This document shows positions 42,701-55,385 of a stretch of DNA of 64,000 nt, one piece after another. The notes under the pieces are model-generated. The model was not told the origin of the DNA, ran no database searches, and saw only the letters and a list, made by a program, of their open reading frames with translations. A program made the position numbers and the translations under genes. The number at the start of each line of letters is the position of its first letter. Positions within the stretch are counted from its first letter, which is position 1. This DNA is from Utricularia gibba (taxonomy: Eukaryota > Plantae > Magnoliophyta): contig NEEC01000017.1 in the NCBI GenBank assembly GCA_002189035.1, positions 1,488,001 through 1,552,000 of the forward strand, written 5' to 3'.

Positions 42701-44473
42701 TTTTGATTTTGGTGTAATATTCTGGTAGACTATTTAATAGTAGGCAGTAATTTGTGTTTATAGTTGATGTTTTACATTTACTAGGCAGTCTACATTACTT
42801 GTGTGCAGAATTCAATTGACTCTTTCGTCCATCTTTTCCCTTTTAACATGACTATGACCCTGCTGTAATCTTGGAAATAGGTTGTACTCAACAATGCTAC
42901 TGCTGAGACTGACAATCCTGATCTTAGAGATCGTGCATATATATATTGGCGCCTATTGTCCACTGATCCTGAGGTACAGTGTAACCCGAATGGTTTTTAG
43001 TTGTGCCTTGGTTGCAGCGCTATGCACTTGGAGATGAGTGAAGAATTTGTTACGGTATGTCATTGATAACTTTTGTGATATTTCAGGCAGCGAAGGATGT
43101 TGTCTTAGCTGAAAAGCCTGTGATCAGTGACGACACTAATCAACTTGATCCATCACTCCTGGATGAACTCCTTGCCAACATTGCTACCTTGTCCTCTGTG
43201 TACCACAAACCCCTGAAGCTTTTGTTACACGTGTAAAGACTGTTCTAAAAACTGAAGAAGAAGAGTATCCTGATGGAGGTGAATCAGGGCATTTAGATTC
43301 ATCTGCTGAGACCGGAGCATCTTCACCAGCCACCACCACAAGTAATACAGCTGGAAAGCCACCAGCTGTTGCTCCGGCTGCTCCAGCACATGTCCCTGAT
43401 TTACTTGACCTCATGGGAATGGACAATAGCAATGCTTTGGTACCTACTGATAACTCTCCAGCCCCCGCTGGGTACGTTCAGTTCACTTGTTCTTCTTCTC
43501 TTATGTTGCATTCTCTATCTATATTTCTTAGTGGGTGCATCCAACTATATACTTCTCTGTCTTTCTTCCTTTTTACAGTCCTTCATTGCCCATCCAACTG
43601 CCAGCATCTTCTGGACAAGGCTTGCAAATCAGCGCTCAGTTGATAAGGAGAGATGGCCAAATATTTTACAGCATGTTATTCGAGAACCTTTCTCCCATTC
43701 CACTTGATGGGTTTATGATCCAGTTCAACAAGAACACATTTGGTCTTGCTGCAGGTGCACCTCTTCAGGTAAATTGACTGCTGAAATCATATGAATGTCA
43801 CATCACACATAACTTTTACTTTGAAATGCTCCCTCTCCTCTCTCAGGTTCCCCAACTTCAACCTGGAACGTCTGCAAGCACTCTTCTTCCCATGATCCTC
43901 TTCCAAAATATTTCCCCTGGTCCACCTACCTCGCTGCTACAGGTTGCAGTGAAAAACAGTCAACAACCTCCATGGTACTTCAACGACAAGATTCCCCTCC
44001 ACATCTTCTTCACCGAAGACGGGAAGATGGAACGAGCCACGTTCCTTGAGGTAAGAAGACACATTCCTATCCTGCGTGCTAGCCTTTACTTGAACCCTAT
44101 CTAAGCGCAGAGTGCTTTGCTAGCTGCAGTGGCTCAATTTCTTACACTCTACATGTCCATTTTTCTTCTCCAGACATGGAAATCATTGCCCGATTCCAAC
44201 GAAGTCTTGAAAGATTTCCCTGCCATTGTGCTCACCAGTGTGGAAGCAACTCTGGACCTGCTCGCCGCATCCAATGTTTTCTTCATCGCGAAGCGGAAAC
44301 ATTCGAATCAAGATGTTGTGTACCTGTCCGCTAAGGTTCCCCAGGACACCCCCTTCTTGATAGAACTCACATCAGTGATCGGTGTCCCAGGGCTGAAATG
44401 CGCCACAAAGACACCCAGACCAGACATGGCGCCTCTCCTCTTTGATGCCATTGAGTCTCTTCTCAGAAAGTAG
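39714..44473 (+). CDS. AP-1/AP-2 complex beta subunit (beta-adaptin), 15 exons; apparent 1-nt deletion at 43210-43213
   Basis: [101 protein letters not shown]. Hinge plus appendage domains follow ([22 protein letters not shown]). Confidence 0.96.
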
Positions 44474-45295
44474 TGCACACACATTGTCTCTTTGTTTTCT
44501 TTCTCTTCTTCCTAAAAGATCGGCTATTTATTGATACTTGGTTTTGCCATTCACCTGCTGTTGCTTCGCCTCTGCTTGTTGGAAACCTTCTTCCTTCACT
44601 TTGTCTTCCAGTTGCAGTCTGGTTTTCCTTCATTCTGATTTGTATGCCTTCTCCTCATTACCACATGTAGAAATCAATTCGATTTCGGTTTTGGTTTCCA
44701 TTATCATTAAAATTCGCATTTATTATAAAATCGTAGAAAATTGGTGTTTCATTATTTATTTTCACAATTTTAATTTCTTTAATAAAAAATAATGTATTTA
44801 TCTATATGATCCCGATTTTTTGCTGTTTTCTATGGAATATTATTTGAAAAATTGTTTCAAATATAGCTTTATTATTAAATATGAATGATTTTTATTTAAA
44901 AAACTATAGAATCCCAGTATTTATTTTATCAAAAACAATTTTGAAAATTATTTTGAAGAAATATAATTAAATAATTCCAACTTAATTTACAAAATGTTTT
45001 TTGGATAATTTTAAATTAAGAAATAAATGAGGTGTCCACATATTATTTATTGATTAAAAAATGTTAGAATATTACTCTATAATATTCCTTATTCCATGGC
45101 CGTTATTATTTTAAATCACGACCACAAAATATTCGAAAAGGAAAAAAAATGGGTACCACAAAGAAAATGGATAAGGACAAAATTCCGAGGATAATATTGT
45201 CATTCGACGGCCCTCCTCGCTCAAGCGCCACTACCAGTTTCCGAGTGATCAATCTGAGAAGTTCAAGAAACCTCCGAAGCTCTTAATCTAAAGCA

Positions 45296-46806
45296 ATGGC
45301 GCTGCTGCACCTCTCCACATGTGCAGCTCCAAGGAACAGTCCGCTGCTGCAATCTCAGTTTTTGGGATCGATTTCCTCCAATCACCTCGCGGTTGCCGGG
45401 GTCCACGGTGGCGGTGTTAATCTCAAAAGACGGAGCCGGAAGGCTGCTTTCACGGCTACGTTGGTGGTTCCGGGGATCGGGACGGTTACGGAGGTGAATA
45501 AGGATAGTTTTTGGCCGATTGTGAAGGCTACCGCTGATAAAACTGTTGTCGTCGATATGTACACGCAGTGGTATGTTTATGTGTTTCATTTTTGCTCTGT
45601 CTATTGCTCCTTTGTAGATTCGTAGGAGTTGGGAGTTTTTTTGAGATAGATAGATTGGCTGGAGCTCGGTCTTTTGTGTGTAGGCTAAAGATTGCATTTT
45701 GATATGGTGTTACAGGGCTGAGACATGCTCATTGTTGCTTATTCATGGTAGATGTTTAGGTGTAACTATATTTTAGAAGGAACAAGAAAGGGGGCCATAA
45801 CCAGATTTTTCAAGCTGTTAGACGATGGCTATGGCTTAAAGCACTTTATAATTTTTTTTAATGAAATGAATGACATTTCCACACACACTCACCCCAAGGT
45901 TTAAGATCTAAGCCATCCTTGGTTGTTATGTTGGTTTCTATCGAGATCCAAACAATGTTAGGGTGCCGAATCAGTTGGGACGGAGATTTTTATCTTTACT
46001 TGGTGCTTTCTAGTGATGTTGAATCTGCGTTCTGGTATACAGCATGTTTAATGTGTTTCAAGTGAAAATAATGATAATGATCTAAATCATGCTTGGTTGT
46101 TATGCTGGTTTCTATTGAGATCCAAGTGACGGTATCTCTACTTATTTTGTGCTTTCAAGTGATGCTGAATCTACATTCTGGTGTACAATATGCTTGATGT
46201 GTTTCAAGTAAAATTAGTGATAATGCTCTAGCAGAAGCATGGGATTTAGTGCTTTTGACACATTAGTGTTTTTTGGTAAGAATCCAGCATCCCACACACT
46301 CACATAACTTCCATAATTAAAAGCAGAGTTGAGAGAAGTTTGCCTTCAGTGTAATACATTCTGTTTCAAAATGTATGCTTGTGATTAGAAAATAGGAGAC
46401 ATTTGATTTGTGTCTCAATGCAACATTTGGATGCAGGTGCGGGCCATGTAAGGTGATGGCTCCAAAATTCCAAGACCTATCCACCAGATACGACGACGTT
46501 CTCTTCCTGAAACTGGATTGCAACCAGGAAAACAGGGTACGCATTGCAAATCATTTGTCTATTGCCACACACTGCCATTCTCTGCCATTTTACAGAAGAA
46601 TGCATCGACCACAGTATGTGCAGTGTCCAATTCTTGGCATACTTACGGTTGTTCCTGTTTCCTGGCAGCCATTGGCGAAGGAGCTTGGGATAAAAGTTGT
46701 TCCAACCTTCAAGATACTCAAAGGAGGCAGCGTTGTCAAGGAAGTGACAGGCGCTAAGTTTGATGAGCTCGTTGCTGCAATCGAAGCTGTAAGATCCACC
46801 CGGTAA
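45296..46806 (+). CDS. TRXF: Chloroplast thioredoxin f, 3 exons
   Basis: Transit peptide, then VTEVNKDSFWPIV, VVVDMYTQW|CGPC (active site split by intron 1), FLKLDCNQEN (f-type extra Cys) and LGIKVVPTFKILK. Confidence 0.95.
45905..46230. repeat. Diverged two-copy tandem duplication (about 174-bp period) in Trx-f intron 1
   Basis: cttggttgttatg[t/c]tggtttctat[c/t]gagatccaa at 45918 and 46092. Downstream matches: gtgatg[t/c]tgaatct, ttctggt[a/g]taca, atgtgtttcaagt, gataatg.tcta. Confidence 0.85.
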
Positions 46807-47258
46807 AACCGTTTCAACTGGGTAAATATCATCTCCCATCCCTTCTTCCTATTCATAAAGATATGTCTCATGTAAACCGAGCTCCTTACATCATCAAACT
46901 GGTAAAGGTTTGACATCTATCTGTTCAATGTCAACCATGATGATGAATGAAATAGCCATGTTGTATATAAACAGTACACTAGCTTTTTCTCCATCTAGCT
47001 ATTGATGATCCATGTTTTATACCTGTGAAGCATATCATGCAAAGTCAAACATTCACTCAGTCTTTCACTTCCACAAAATGATCAATGAACCATATACATC
47101 CCATAGTTTTTTTATCTTAGTTTTAACTTTTAATCATGGTACATTGTCTTGTGCCCGCCGTCGGCAATCATTTAAATAATAAATAATTAAATTCTCTATA
47201 AATGGAAAAGAATGTGTTTCTGCCACTACAAATGAAATCATCATCTCCTCCATCTTGT

Positions 47259-49983
47259 TTATACTTGAGAATCATTCCTTATTGACTCAAGTACCTGAAC
47301 TACCTCAGCCATGTTTGGTCTCTTTGAAGGCACCTCAGAGCTGCAGATCAACCCCAGCTTCATCACCTGAATCAGCTCGTTTTCGACTCCGTCGCGCAAG
47401 CTTTTATCAAAGCAATCGGAGCTCCGGCCTTTCTCTGTCACTTGTCTTACATGTTCACGTAGAATCAGCACCTCACTGTCAACTGAACTCTCCACAGGCA
47501 TCCTCCCAGTTACTAACTCTAAAAGAATGACTCCGAAACTGTAGACATCACATTTGCTGCAAGCTTGGGAGCTTTGAGCGAGTTCCGGTGCAATATATCC
47601 AACAGCATTGTGAACCTCAGTAAAGCCATAGCCTCCAACCAGAGGAAGCAGCTTCACCAAGCCGAAGTCTGAGAGCCTTGCTGTGTAGCTCTCGTCTAAC
47701 AAGATGTTAGCAGACTTGATGTTGAGATGACGAACTGGAGGTTTGCAGTCATGGTGGAGGTATGCCAGAGCTCTAGCTGCTCCAACTGCTATGCGAAACC
47801 GCTGTGTCCAGTTCAGTCTGGGATTCCCAGAGCTATGTAAATGATCATGCAGATTTCCATTTGAAATGAAATCAGAGAGGATAAGTTGCATGCTGGAAGA
47901 CCAGTAGTATCCTTGAATGGTGACAAGATTCGGGTGGCAAAGCACTCCAAGGCATCCGAATTCGAGCTCGAATTCGTCTTGACTCTGTATTCGTCCCAAG
48001 GTCTCGAGTTTCTTTACAGCTATTGTGACTCCATCTTTGAAGGTTGTCTTGTAGACAGTTCCAATGGAGCCATGGCCGACTAGACATTCTTTGTTGAGCA
48101 AAGCCTTGGTTCCAGCTTCCCAATCCTCGTACTTGAGAGGTAAGCTTCTGCCAAAGAGAACCAGTTTTCCAGTGATAACATTTGTTGTTCCTGATGAAGC
48201 TAAAGGGGTGCTATCCAGAGCCATGGTTTCATCTTCTTCTTCTCCATGGCTGTCTCTTCTTCTTGTTTCACGAGCTCGGATATTGAAAACAATTATGATG
48301 CAAACACCCATGACAATCAACACAGCAGCAACGATTGCCACAATTGTAGAAGCGCTCAGCTTTGGTTTTCTGACATCTTGAGCAGCACTCAAACAGTTCT
48401 CTAAAGGAGGACCACAGAGGCCTGCATTGTGGAAGAAGGCTGAGAAACCAAACCTTTGAATGCTTCCATTTAAAGGGATTTCACCAAACAGGTTGTTGTA
48501 AGATACATTGAAATAGCTTAGATTCCCCAAGTTTCCAAATGATGAAGGTATTGAACCGGACAATGAATTCTCCGAAAAATCCGAATAATAGAGGCTAGCC
48601 AAACTCCCTAAGCTAGATGGTATGTTTCCATCTAGCTGATTGTGATGCAAATCAAGAATCTCAAGGTACTTCAAGTTCCCCATATCTTCAGGTATCCCTC
48701 CTGTTAGAGAATTTCCAGAGACATCTCTGTATGAAAATGTCAGCTCAAGTCAGTGGAAAAAAATATGAAGGAATGAAGAAAACTCAGGTAACAAAAAAGA
48801 AAACTGGCTCTCACAGCTCAAGAAGGAACTTGCATTGTGTGATCTGTTCCGGAATCTGGCCAGAAATTTCAAGATTCTGCAAATCAATAACTTCAATCTG
48901 TTCTATGCTTCCTAAATCTGCAGGAATGGTGCCATCTATCGAGTTATTTGCCAATCGAATGGCGATGAGGTTCGTCATAGCAGACATTCCAACCGGAATG
49001 CTTCCAGTGATCCTGTTGTATCCCAAGTCCAGGTACTTGAGGCCATTACATTGCACAATGCCTGATGGCATCTCTCCATACAAATGGTTACCTGCAACAT
49101 CAAAAACTTCCAGTTCCTGTGGGCAAGATTCAAATTTCCAGATCTCCCCATCAAACGAATTCCATGAGACATTGAAATACGAAAATCCAGCAGCTCCAAG
49201 AACATCAAACGGTGGAATACCAGTAAAGAAGTTGCTCCCCAAGTCCAAAGAGTTCAGGTTTTCGCATTTTGATAGCTGGTCTTCCACATTGCCTGAGAGA
49301 TGATTACTTCTCACAGAAATGTATTTCAATTTACTCCCACAAATTTCTGAAGGCAACACACCACTGAGACTGTTGAAAGAGAAATCAATCCCTTCTAAAT
49401 TTACACAATTCCCAACAGAAACAGGGATTGAGCCAGAAAGATTGTTATGAGCAAGAGACACAAATCTTGTTCTGTCACAATTCCTGAACAATGCTGGAGG
49501 TATCTCTCCATCAAACGCATTTCCTGATAGATCAAGAAATCTAATGTTCGGTAAATCTCCTAGAAATGCTGGGATCTTCCCAGAAAGGGAATTGGAGCTC
49601 ACGTTTACTTTCCACAAAGACACAATCTCCGCATACTCCTCAGGAATATTTCCACTGAAATTGTTACCATACAAGTTTATGATCCGCAATGATCTCAATC
49701 CTGATAACGCAGGAGACAACACTCCATGTAGAGCAGTGTTCCACAAAACAATATTCGCAACATTCCCATCAGAGTTGCAGGAAACCCCATGGTAATCATG
49801 ACAGGGATCGTTACCAGAATTCCATGAACTCAAACTATCAAAAGGGTCACCTGTAATCCCACTTTTGAACTGAAGCAATATCTCCTTCTCCGTCAAAGAG
49901 ACTGTACAAGCGATAAAGCACCAAAGCCAACATACATGAACCAAAACCAGGCTGTTCAAGCCATGGACAGCACAGCCCAGCAT
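47259..49983 (-). CDS. LRR receptor-like kinase (At1g12460/At1g62950-like as recalled); exons 49983-48815 and 48726-47259
   Basis: Signal peptide, LRRNT cap (LLQFK..DPFDSLSSW..PC..GVSC), many LxLxxNxLSGxIP repeats, TM IVAIVAAVLIVMGVCIIIVF and a kinase domain (GHGSIGTVYK, IAVKKL, HLNIKSANILL, SDFG, GYIAPE). One 88-bp intron. Confidence 0.95.
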
Positions 49984-50509
49984 TGTAACTAAACGCTGGA
50001 TCCAGCTCTGCGCAATAGGCAACAATGGCGGCCCTCCCTTTACAAATTGGAGTTGTGGGTAGTTTGAAAACACTTTAAATGCACCAACTTCGGATTCCTC
50101 ATATCGTTTAAGAAAACCTTGGAGGGTATACAGAGGTCGGAGAGCAGCGAAGCGGAGGCAAGTGGCATGAAAACGGTGTGAATCAAAGAGAGAGGAAAGG
50201 GAACTCGGAATTCAATGGGTGAACTGAGAGTTGTTGTTGGCGGGTGAGATCTAAAGGAACAATTAATGCAACCATTAATAACCTTCCTTACATTTCCTGA
50301 TTTCCAGAGACAGAGAGAGCAGGGATAACAGTTATGCTTACGGCCATACACACAACCTGGAACTAACGCTCCTTTACATTTTCCTTTTTTGATTATTACA
50401 AACGAGTATTGCTTTTCAAGACTCAAAAACAAATAAATTTTCACAATTAAAATAAAAATAGGATTTTTCCAAAGAGGAATAACGATATCAGGGTTAACAT
50501 TCCAGATGC

Positions 50510-51966
50510 TTAACCAAATCCAGGAGGCACATCAGGATCTTCATCTTTGGTGTGTAGAGGCCCCTGTTGTCTGAATGCTGAAGCAACGCTAGGTGTCTGT
50601 GGGAGGCAAGAGTTGCGATACGCAGACGTTGCAACCGGCGGCATGGCGAGATGGCGTGGTTGGTTGATTCGTTTGCGCTCACCTGGATGGTTCAGGGTAG
50701 TTGAGGCAGCACCAGGTGGGGGTTCACCTGCCATTCCATCAGACAATGCACCATTGGCTTCAATAGCCCCAGAATCCGGAACCCCACCCTGAATGGAAGT
50801 TGAACATCGGAGAGATGGCTCCCAGTTAGCATTGCCATTAGGGTTCAGTTTACTATGAACTGACTTCACAGTATCAGAAATCTCAGCTTTCATCCCTTCA
50901 GGAGATCTAATTATACTCCACAAGCCGTCAGAAATTTGGCTCATGATCTTTTCCCTGCAAATTCATGGGAAACTTCTCTAGAGAAATGCTTTCATCATTT
51001 TTTGAAAATAGGACACTCAAAATGCTTACCCAATTTCTTGGTGTATTGCATCAGCAAGCTGCCGTGGTTTCATTGATTCAGCACCTCTACGATTAAGTGC
51101 AGCCGATTGTCTCACCATAGAAATAATATTACTTCGTAATTCCTCCTATAACAAGCACAGCAAATATCACTGTAAGAAGAAACACAGATGGGCTCACACA
51201 CAGTCATGAAAGATATCTATGCTTGACCAAGATACTAGTTTGCCATTGAATGAGGAATGGGAACACATTCCATGAACCAAAGGATCACTTTAGGTTAAGA
51301 TAAAAGTAACATCTTCCACAAGAGAAAAGGTTTCAACTACAGGTCCATTTTCTATAAATTATATAGCTACAAGCCAGCCGACTATATGACACGCGATTTT
51401 TTTTTCCAATGGCAGGATACATGACACAAGTTGAAGGCATACTGAAAACCAGCAAATGCAAACTGAAGGCAATCTCGAGAAATGCTACATAGAAAAGTTG
51501 ATGTTAGCTACCATCCTATGGGATACTACGAAGAAGCATCAATCATCAGCATTTCCAAAATGTAGCTTTTCAACGAGAGCTACGAAGAACGCCTAAAAAT
51601 CGCCAGTTGGGATTCTCTAGTCAGTTTGCTGACACACGGGGAATACAGGCAGCCCCAAAGAACCCGAACGATAAGATAAAAAAAAGATCGAAACACCACA
51701 CAAAACCTAGAAACCAAAGAATCTAGGCCAGGCAGCGAGATATAACCAGTACAAATGCTATTATCCTCAGTGAAGAAAACTGAAGCAGCGAATACAGAAA
51801 GCCCAATACGGAAGGCGCAACTCACATTATCCCTGAGTTTACGAATGATCTTTAAACGAAGGCGATCGAAATCTCCATCATCCTTCATCTTGGATATCAC
51901 ATCTTCAGCCTCGGCGCGGCGCTTGGAACCAACACCGCCGCCATCGGAATCAGCCTTCTGCAACAT
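50510..51966 (-). CDS. Uncharacterised plant protein (At1g12530-like as recalled), possible BOD1/Shg1-type domain; 3 exons
   Basis: Exon 1 51966-51826 (EDVISKMKDDGDFDRLRLKIIRKLRDN), exon 2 EELRSNIISMVRQSAALNRRGAESMKPRQLADAIHQEIG, exon 3 EKIMSQISDGLWSIIRS...EDPDVPPGFG*. GT-AG introns. Confidence 0.85.
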
Positions 51967-52357
51967 CTTCTTCCCGTATCATGCTATCTGCGTCCGAGCG
52001 CCATGGCATACGGTCAATTGAGGGATTTTACCTCCAAATCTGATTTCATGTCAACGAAATAATCAAAATAAATGAATGAAAAATAATTATGAAAACATAA
52101 TTTAATTGTACATTAAAAATATGGTTTTAAATAACTAAAAAAATCATGAATTATTTCCATAATTCTAAAGGATTCCATCATAATTTTATCGTTAATCCGA
52201 ATTACAATGTTATCTTTTCACCGGAATATTCCGAACGCCTACTTATCTACCGGCGGTCACTTTTCGAACGCCGGAAAGTTATCCGACGATCGGGATTTTC
52301 TAAACACCGGTTAAAAATGAAATAAGAAGAAGACAAGCTTAAATCATGAGTCTTTTA

Positions 52358-54499
52358 TTACAATGCAGCAGTGGTGGTGAAGGGTGAGAATTCCTTTGAC
52401 TGCACCCACGACACCAAATCCTGCCGAGTTGCAACGAAGAAACCAGGCTTCTCTGGGGTTTCCTGAAAAGGAGCACTCATCGTCTCCAAATGGGATGCAA
52501 GCGCAGCGCCCAGACCCTGTGAGAACTTGTGATTTCCAGCGCCAGTGCTTGCGCTAAACACATCTGGCAAAGGCTCCTCACGTTGCACCATTTTAGCTAC
52601 GCTTGTCATCCACTCTTCGAAGGCTGTGTGGGCAGCCCCAATCGAAAGGGAACGGACATTCAGCCGCCATTCTTGTGGAGTTTTGGTGTGTAGCCCCCGG
52701 TAAAGCCCGTATACAGTTCCGAAATACAGCAGCTCATGAGCTGTGTTGCGCTGATTCCTATTCCGGCAGATGTCGATCAAACAGTTGCAGAAGGGTCTCC
52801 TTGCCTCAGCTGATGTGCTGCTTAGTATGTTCCTGAACTCTTGTTTCAGGGTGTGGGGATTGCTGTTGGGACCATCTTCCAGCAGTGTCTTGACGAAGGT
52901 AGCTAGTTTTGGATTGGCTTGCTCTAAGCATGACAGCACTGTGGCAGTTTCATCGCCTTCGCAGTAAGACAGCACTGAAAGTAAACAGCCACAAAGTCTA
53001 TCATCTGGTTTTACACCGGCGGCCATGAAAACCTTGAACACCCTTTCTAGATCATCAGTTCTCTTTGATCTTCCCAAGCACTGGATCAAACAAGTGCACC
53101 CCATGACATTAAGATCGACTCCAGTCTGGCGCATCTCTTCAAACAAAGCCACAGACTTGTCAGCATTGTTCCCACTGCCGTATATATTCAGCATTGCTGT
53201 GTAACTCCAGCTATCAGGTTTGTTAGTTTCTGATGCTTTCATGTCTTCAAACAATCTCTCAGCTTCTTGGATCAATCCCAAATCAGCACACATGCTCAAC
53301 AATGTGTTGTACAAAATGAGGTCTACAGGCCACTTATTGTGCTTCATCCTCTCCCAGAGATCCAAAGCATCTCTAGCCCATCTCGCCCTGCCGTATATCT
53401 TGATCAATGCTGTCAGTGTTTTCTCATTCGGCTCGATTCCTGAATCGACCATCTCGTCGAACAAAGTTCGAGCAAAGCCAGGTTTTCCGACCTTCCCGAT
53501 TGCCTCCAACAGTGTGTTGTAAAGAACTAAATTTGGTTGGACGCCAAGGGACTTCATTTCCTTCAACACGAGGCGTATGCCATCAATATCCCCTGCTTCA
53601 CCAAACACTTTAGCTAACACTGAAAAGGCAATGGGATCAGGCTTCCATCCAGTGGCTCTTCCTCTCTCGTAGAGACGCAAAACTTCCTCCACTTTCCCTG
53701 ATTTGGCATACACATCAAGAACAGCAGAATATGTTACTTCATCAGGCATCAGTCCAGTTCTATACATTCTCTCAAACCATTCAACAGCCTTGTCGAAAGC
53801 GTTACATCTTTTGGCACAGGTAATGATAGTAGAGTACGTGATGTTATCAAGTTCAATTCCCGTATCAATCATCTCTAAAGCAAGGTTTTCAACACGGTGA
53901 AACTGTCTGCCAAACCTCAAGGACTTCATAACTACATTATAGAAGATGGTTTCAAGAGGAAATTCATTCTGAGTCTTTACCCAATTCAGCAAAAGAAGAG
54001 CTTTATCCCATGACCTCATTACGTTCAACAGCAGAAGCGCATTATCCCTCGTGATAGGATGAGGCGGTTCCTTCATTAGCTCCATAAAATCAGCTTCCTC
54101 ACACGCATTCAATTTCCTGGCGAACTCCAGCAAACCCTTCATCTGGGGATTATACGAGAAGGGCGAGCGCTTTTGGCGCTGGAGAGAAAGCACAGAGGGC
54201 TTAGGTCTTGAGGGGTTAACCCACGTAGATTTTTGCTTGGATGGCAACACAATGGGTTCATTTGGTTGCTCGGAGAGCAAAACGGTGGATAAGGGTTTAA
54301 GCTGCTCGGCCAAAGAAGAAGAGGAGTTCTCATCCTGGGCCAAGGCAGACGGCGCATTCTTCCTACTGCTGCAAGAAAGTCCGACACGTTTAACAGTCAA
54401 CACCAGAAGAGTGGCCGAGAAAGGAAACGAACGGCCGCCGGCAGCAGCATCCGGGCACTGGTGAAAATAACCGGAAACTGTTGGCAAATTCGTCGCCAT
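52358..54499 (-). CDS. SOT1: Chloroplast PPR-SMR protein (SOT1/At5g46580-like), single exon
   Basis: Transit peptide, LSLQRQKRS..YNPQ and tandem P-type PPR motifs (FYNVVMKSLR, TYSTIITCAKRC, TYSAVLDVYAKSG, YNTLLEAIGK). C-terminal SMR-like WRLNVRSLSIGAAHTAFEEW. ATG chosen at 54499 (MATNL). Confidence 0.92.
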   Translation of the reverse strand: MATNLPTVSGYFHQCPDAAAGGRSFPFSATLLVLTVKRVGLSCSSRKNAPSALAQDENSSSSLAEQLKPLSTVLLSEQPNEPIVLPSKQKSTWVNPSRPKPSVLSLQRQKRSPFSYNPQMKGLLEFARKLNACEEADFMELMKEPPHPITRDNALLLLNVMRSWDKALLLLNWVKTQNEFPLETIFYNVVMKSLRFGRQFHRVENLALEMIDTGIELDNITYSTIITCAKRCNAFDKAVEWFERMYRTGLMPDEVTYSAVLDVYAKSGKVEEVLRLYERGRATGWKPDPIAFSVLAKVFGEAGDIDGIRLVLKEMKSLGVQPNLVLYNTLLEAIGKVGKPGFARTLFDEMVDSGIEPNEKTLTALIKIYGRARWARDALDLWERMKHNKWPVDLILYNTLLSMCADLGLIQEAERLFEDMKASETNKPDSWSYTAMLNIYGSGNNADKSVALFEEMRQTGVDLNVMGCTCLIQCLGRSKRTDDLERVFKVFMAAGVKPDDRLCGCLLSVLSYCEGDETATVLSCLEQANPKLATFVKTLLEDGPNSNPHTLKQEFRNILSSTSAEARRPFCNCLIDICRNRNQRNTAHELLYFGTVYGLYRGLHTKTPQEWRLNVRSLSIGAAHTAFEEWMTSVAKMVQREEPLPDVFSASTGAGNHKFSQGLGAALASHLETMSAPFQETPEKPGFFVATRQDLVSWVQSKEFSPFTTTAAL

Positions 54500-54997
54500 G
54501 GAATCGGGAGGAAGCAGAACTAGGAATACATCAAAAAGAAGAAAATATCCCAACGGATTATCTTCTGAAATGATGCAACTGGCTGAGGATCGCTCCTCTC
54601 TTCCGTTAGAATGGACCAGAAAGAGATACTCTTAAGGCCCCCTTCCCTTTGGGTTATATTTCAGAAGACCGGATTATTTTGGGTCTGGAGGAAATTAACA
54701 CCTTTCAGGCCCAATTCATTCCATGTTTTAAAATCTAAAAATTATTTAATTCATAACCAATTAAATTTGTCTTAATATTCAAAGGACGGGCCTCCCATAA
54801 ATTAGCATATATCGACAATTCTTCGACTTAACTCTTCAGCTATTTATGGACTATGAACATTACATTTCCAATGTAAACTGTGTAAATTTAATATTATTTT
54901 TTATAATAATAATAATAATAATTTCAAATAAACAATATAAATCATTTGTACTTGATAAAAATATAAAAATATTTCAAATGTACCATAATTAGTACAA

Positions 54998-55385
54998 GGG
55001 TCATGTTTGGTAAATTTAATTTTTTGAAGTGATTCTTTTCAACTTTCGCAGATTTTGATTTTATTTTATTTCGTGTAAAAATTAAAAATATATATTTTGA
55101 TATTAAATTATTGAATTCATTGTATCTTCATTGTAATGAAGAATTAAAAACTTTATATTGTTCACCTTCTACATGTCTCGAAAATACATTTATATTTTCA
55201 CATTGCAATCTGCAATAATTTAATCCATTACACTTTACAATGCATGATTTAATTTATTAAATTCTAAAAATTAAAATTAATTTTATTCTATATAATCTAA
55301 AATAAAGATTTAAAAACAAAGCATAGCACACTTAATCTATTATTTTGTAATGATAAAAATTATACTATTCTACCAAACACAGAAT
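54998..55385. mobile_element. Possible degenerate Tourist/PIF-Harbinger-like MITE
   Basis: AT-rich block bounded by ..TGTTTGGTA (55005-55013) and TACCAAACA (55371-55379), resembling Tourist TIR cores. No clean TAA/TTA TSD found. Confidence 0.3.

Noticed and set aside
48617-49795. Long + strand ORFs (228 aa and 83 aa) opposite the LRR region
   Set aside because: Antisense shadows of the repetitive LRR codon pattern.
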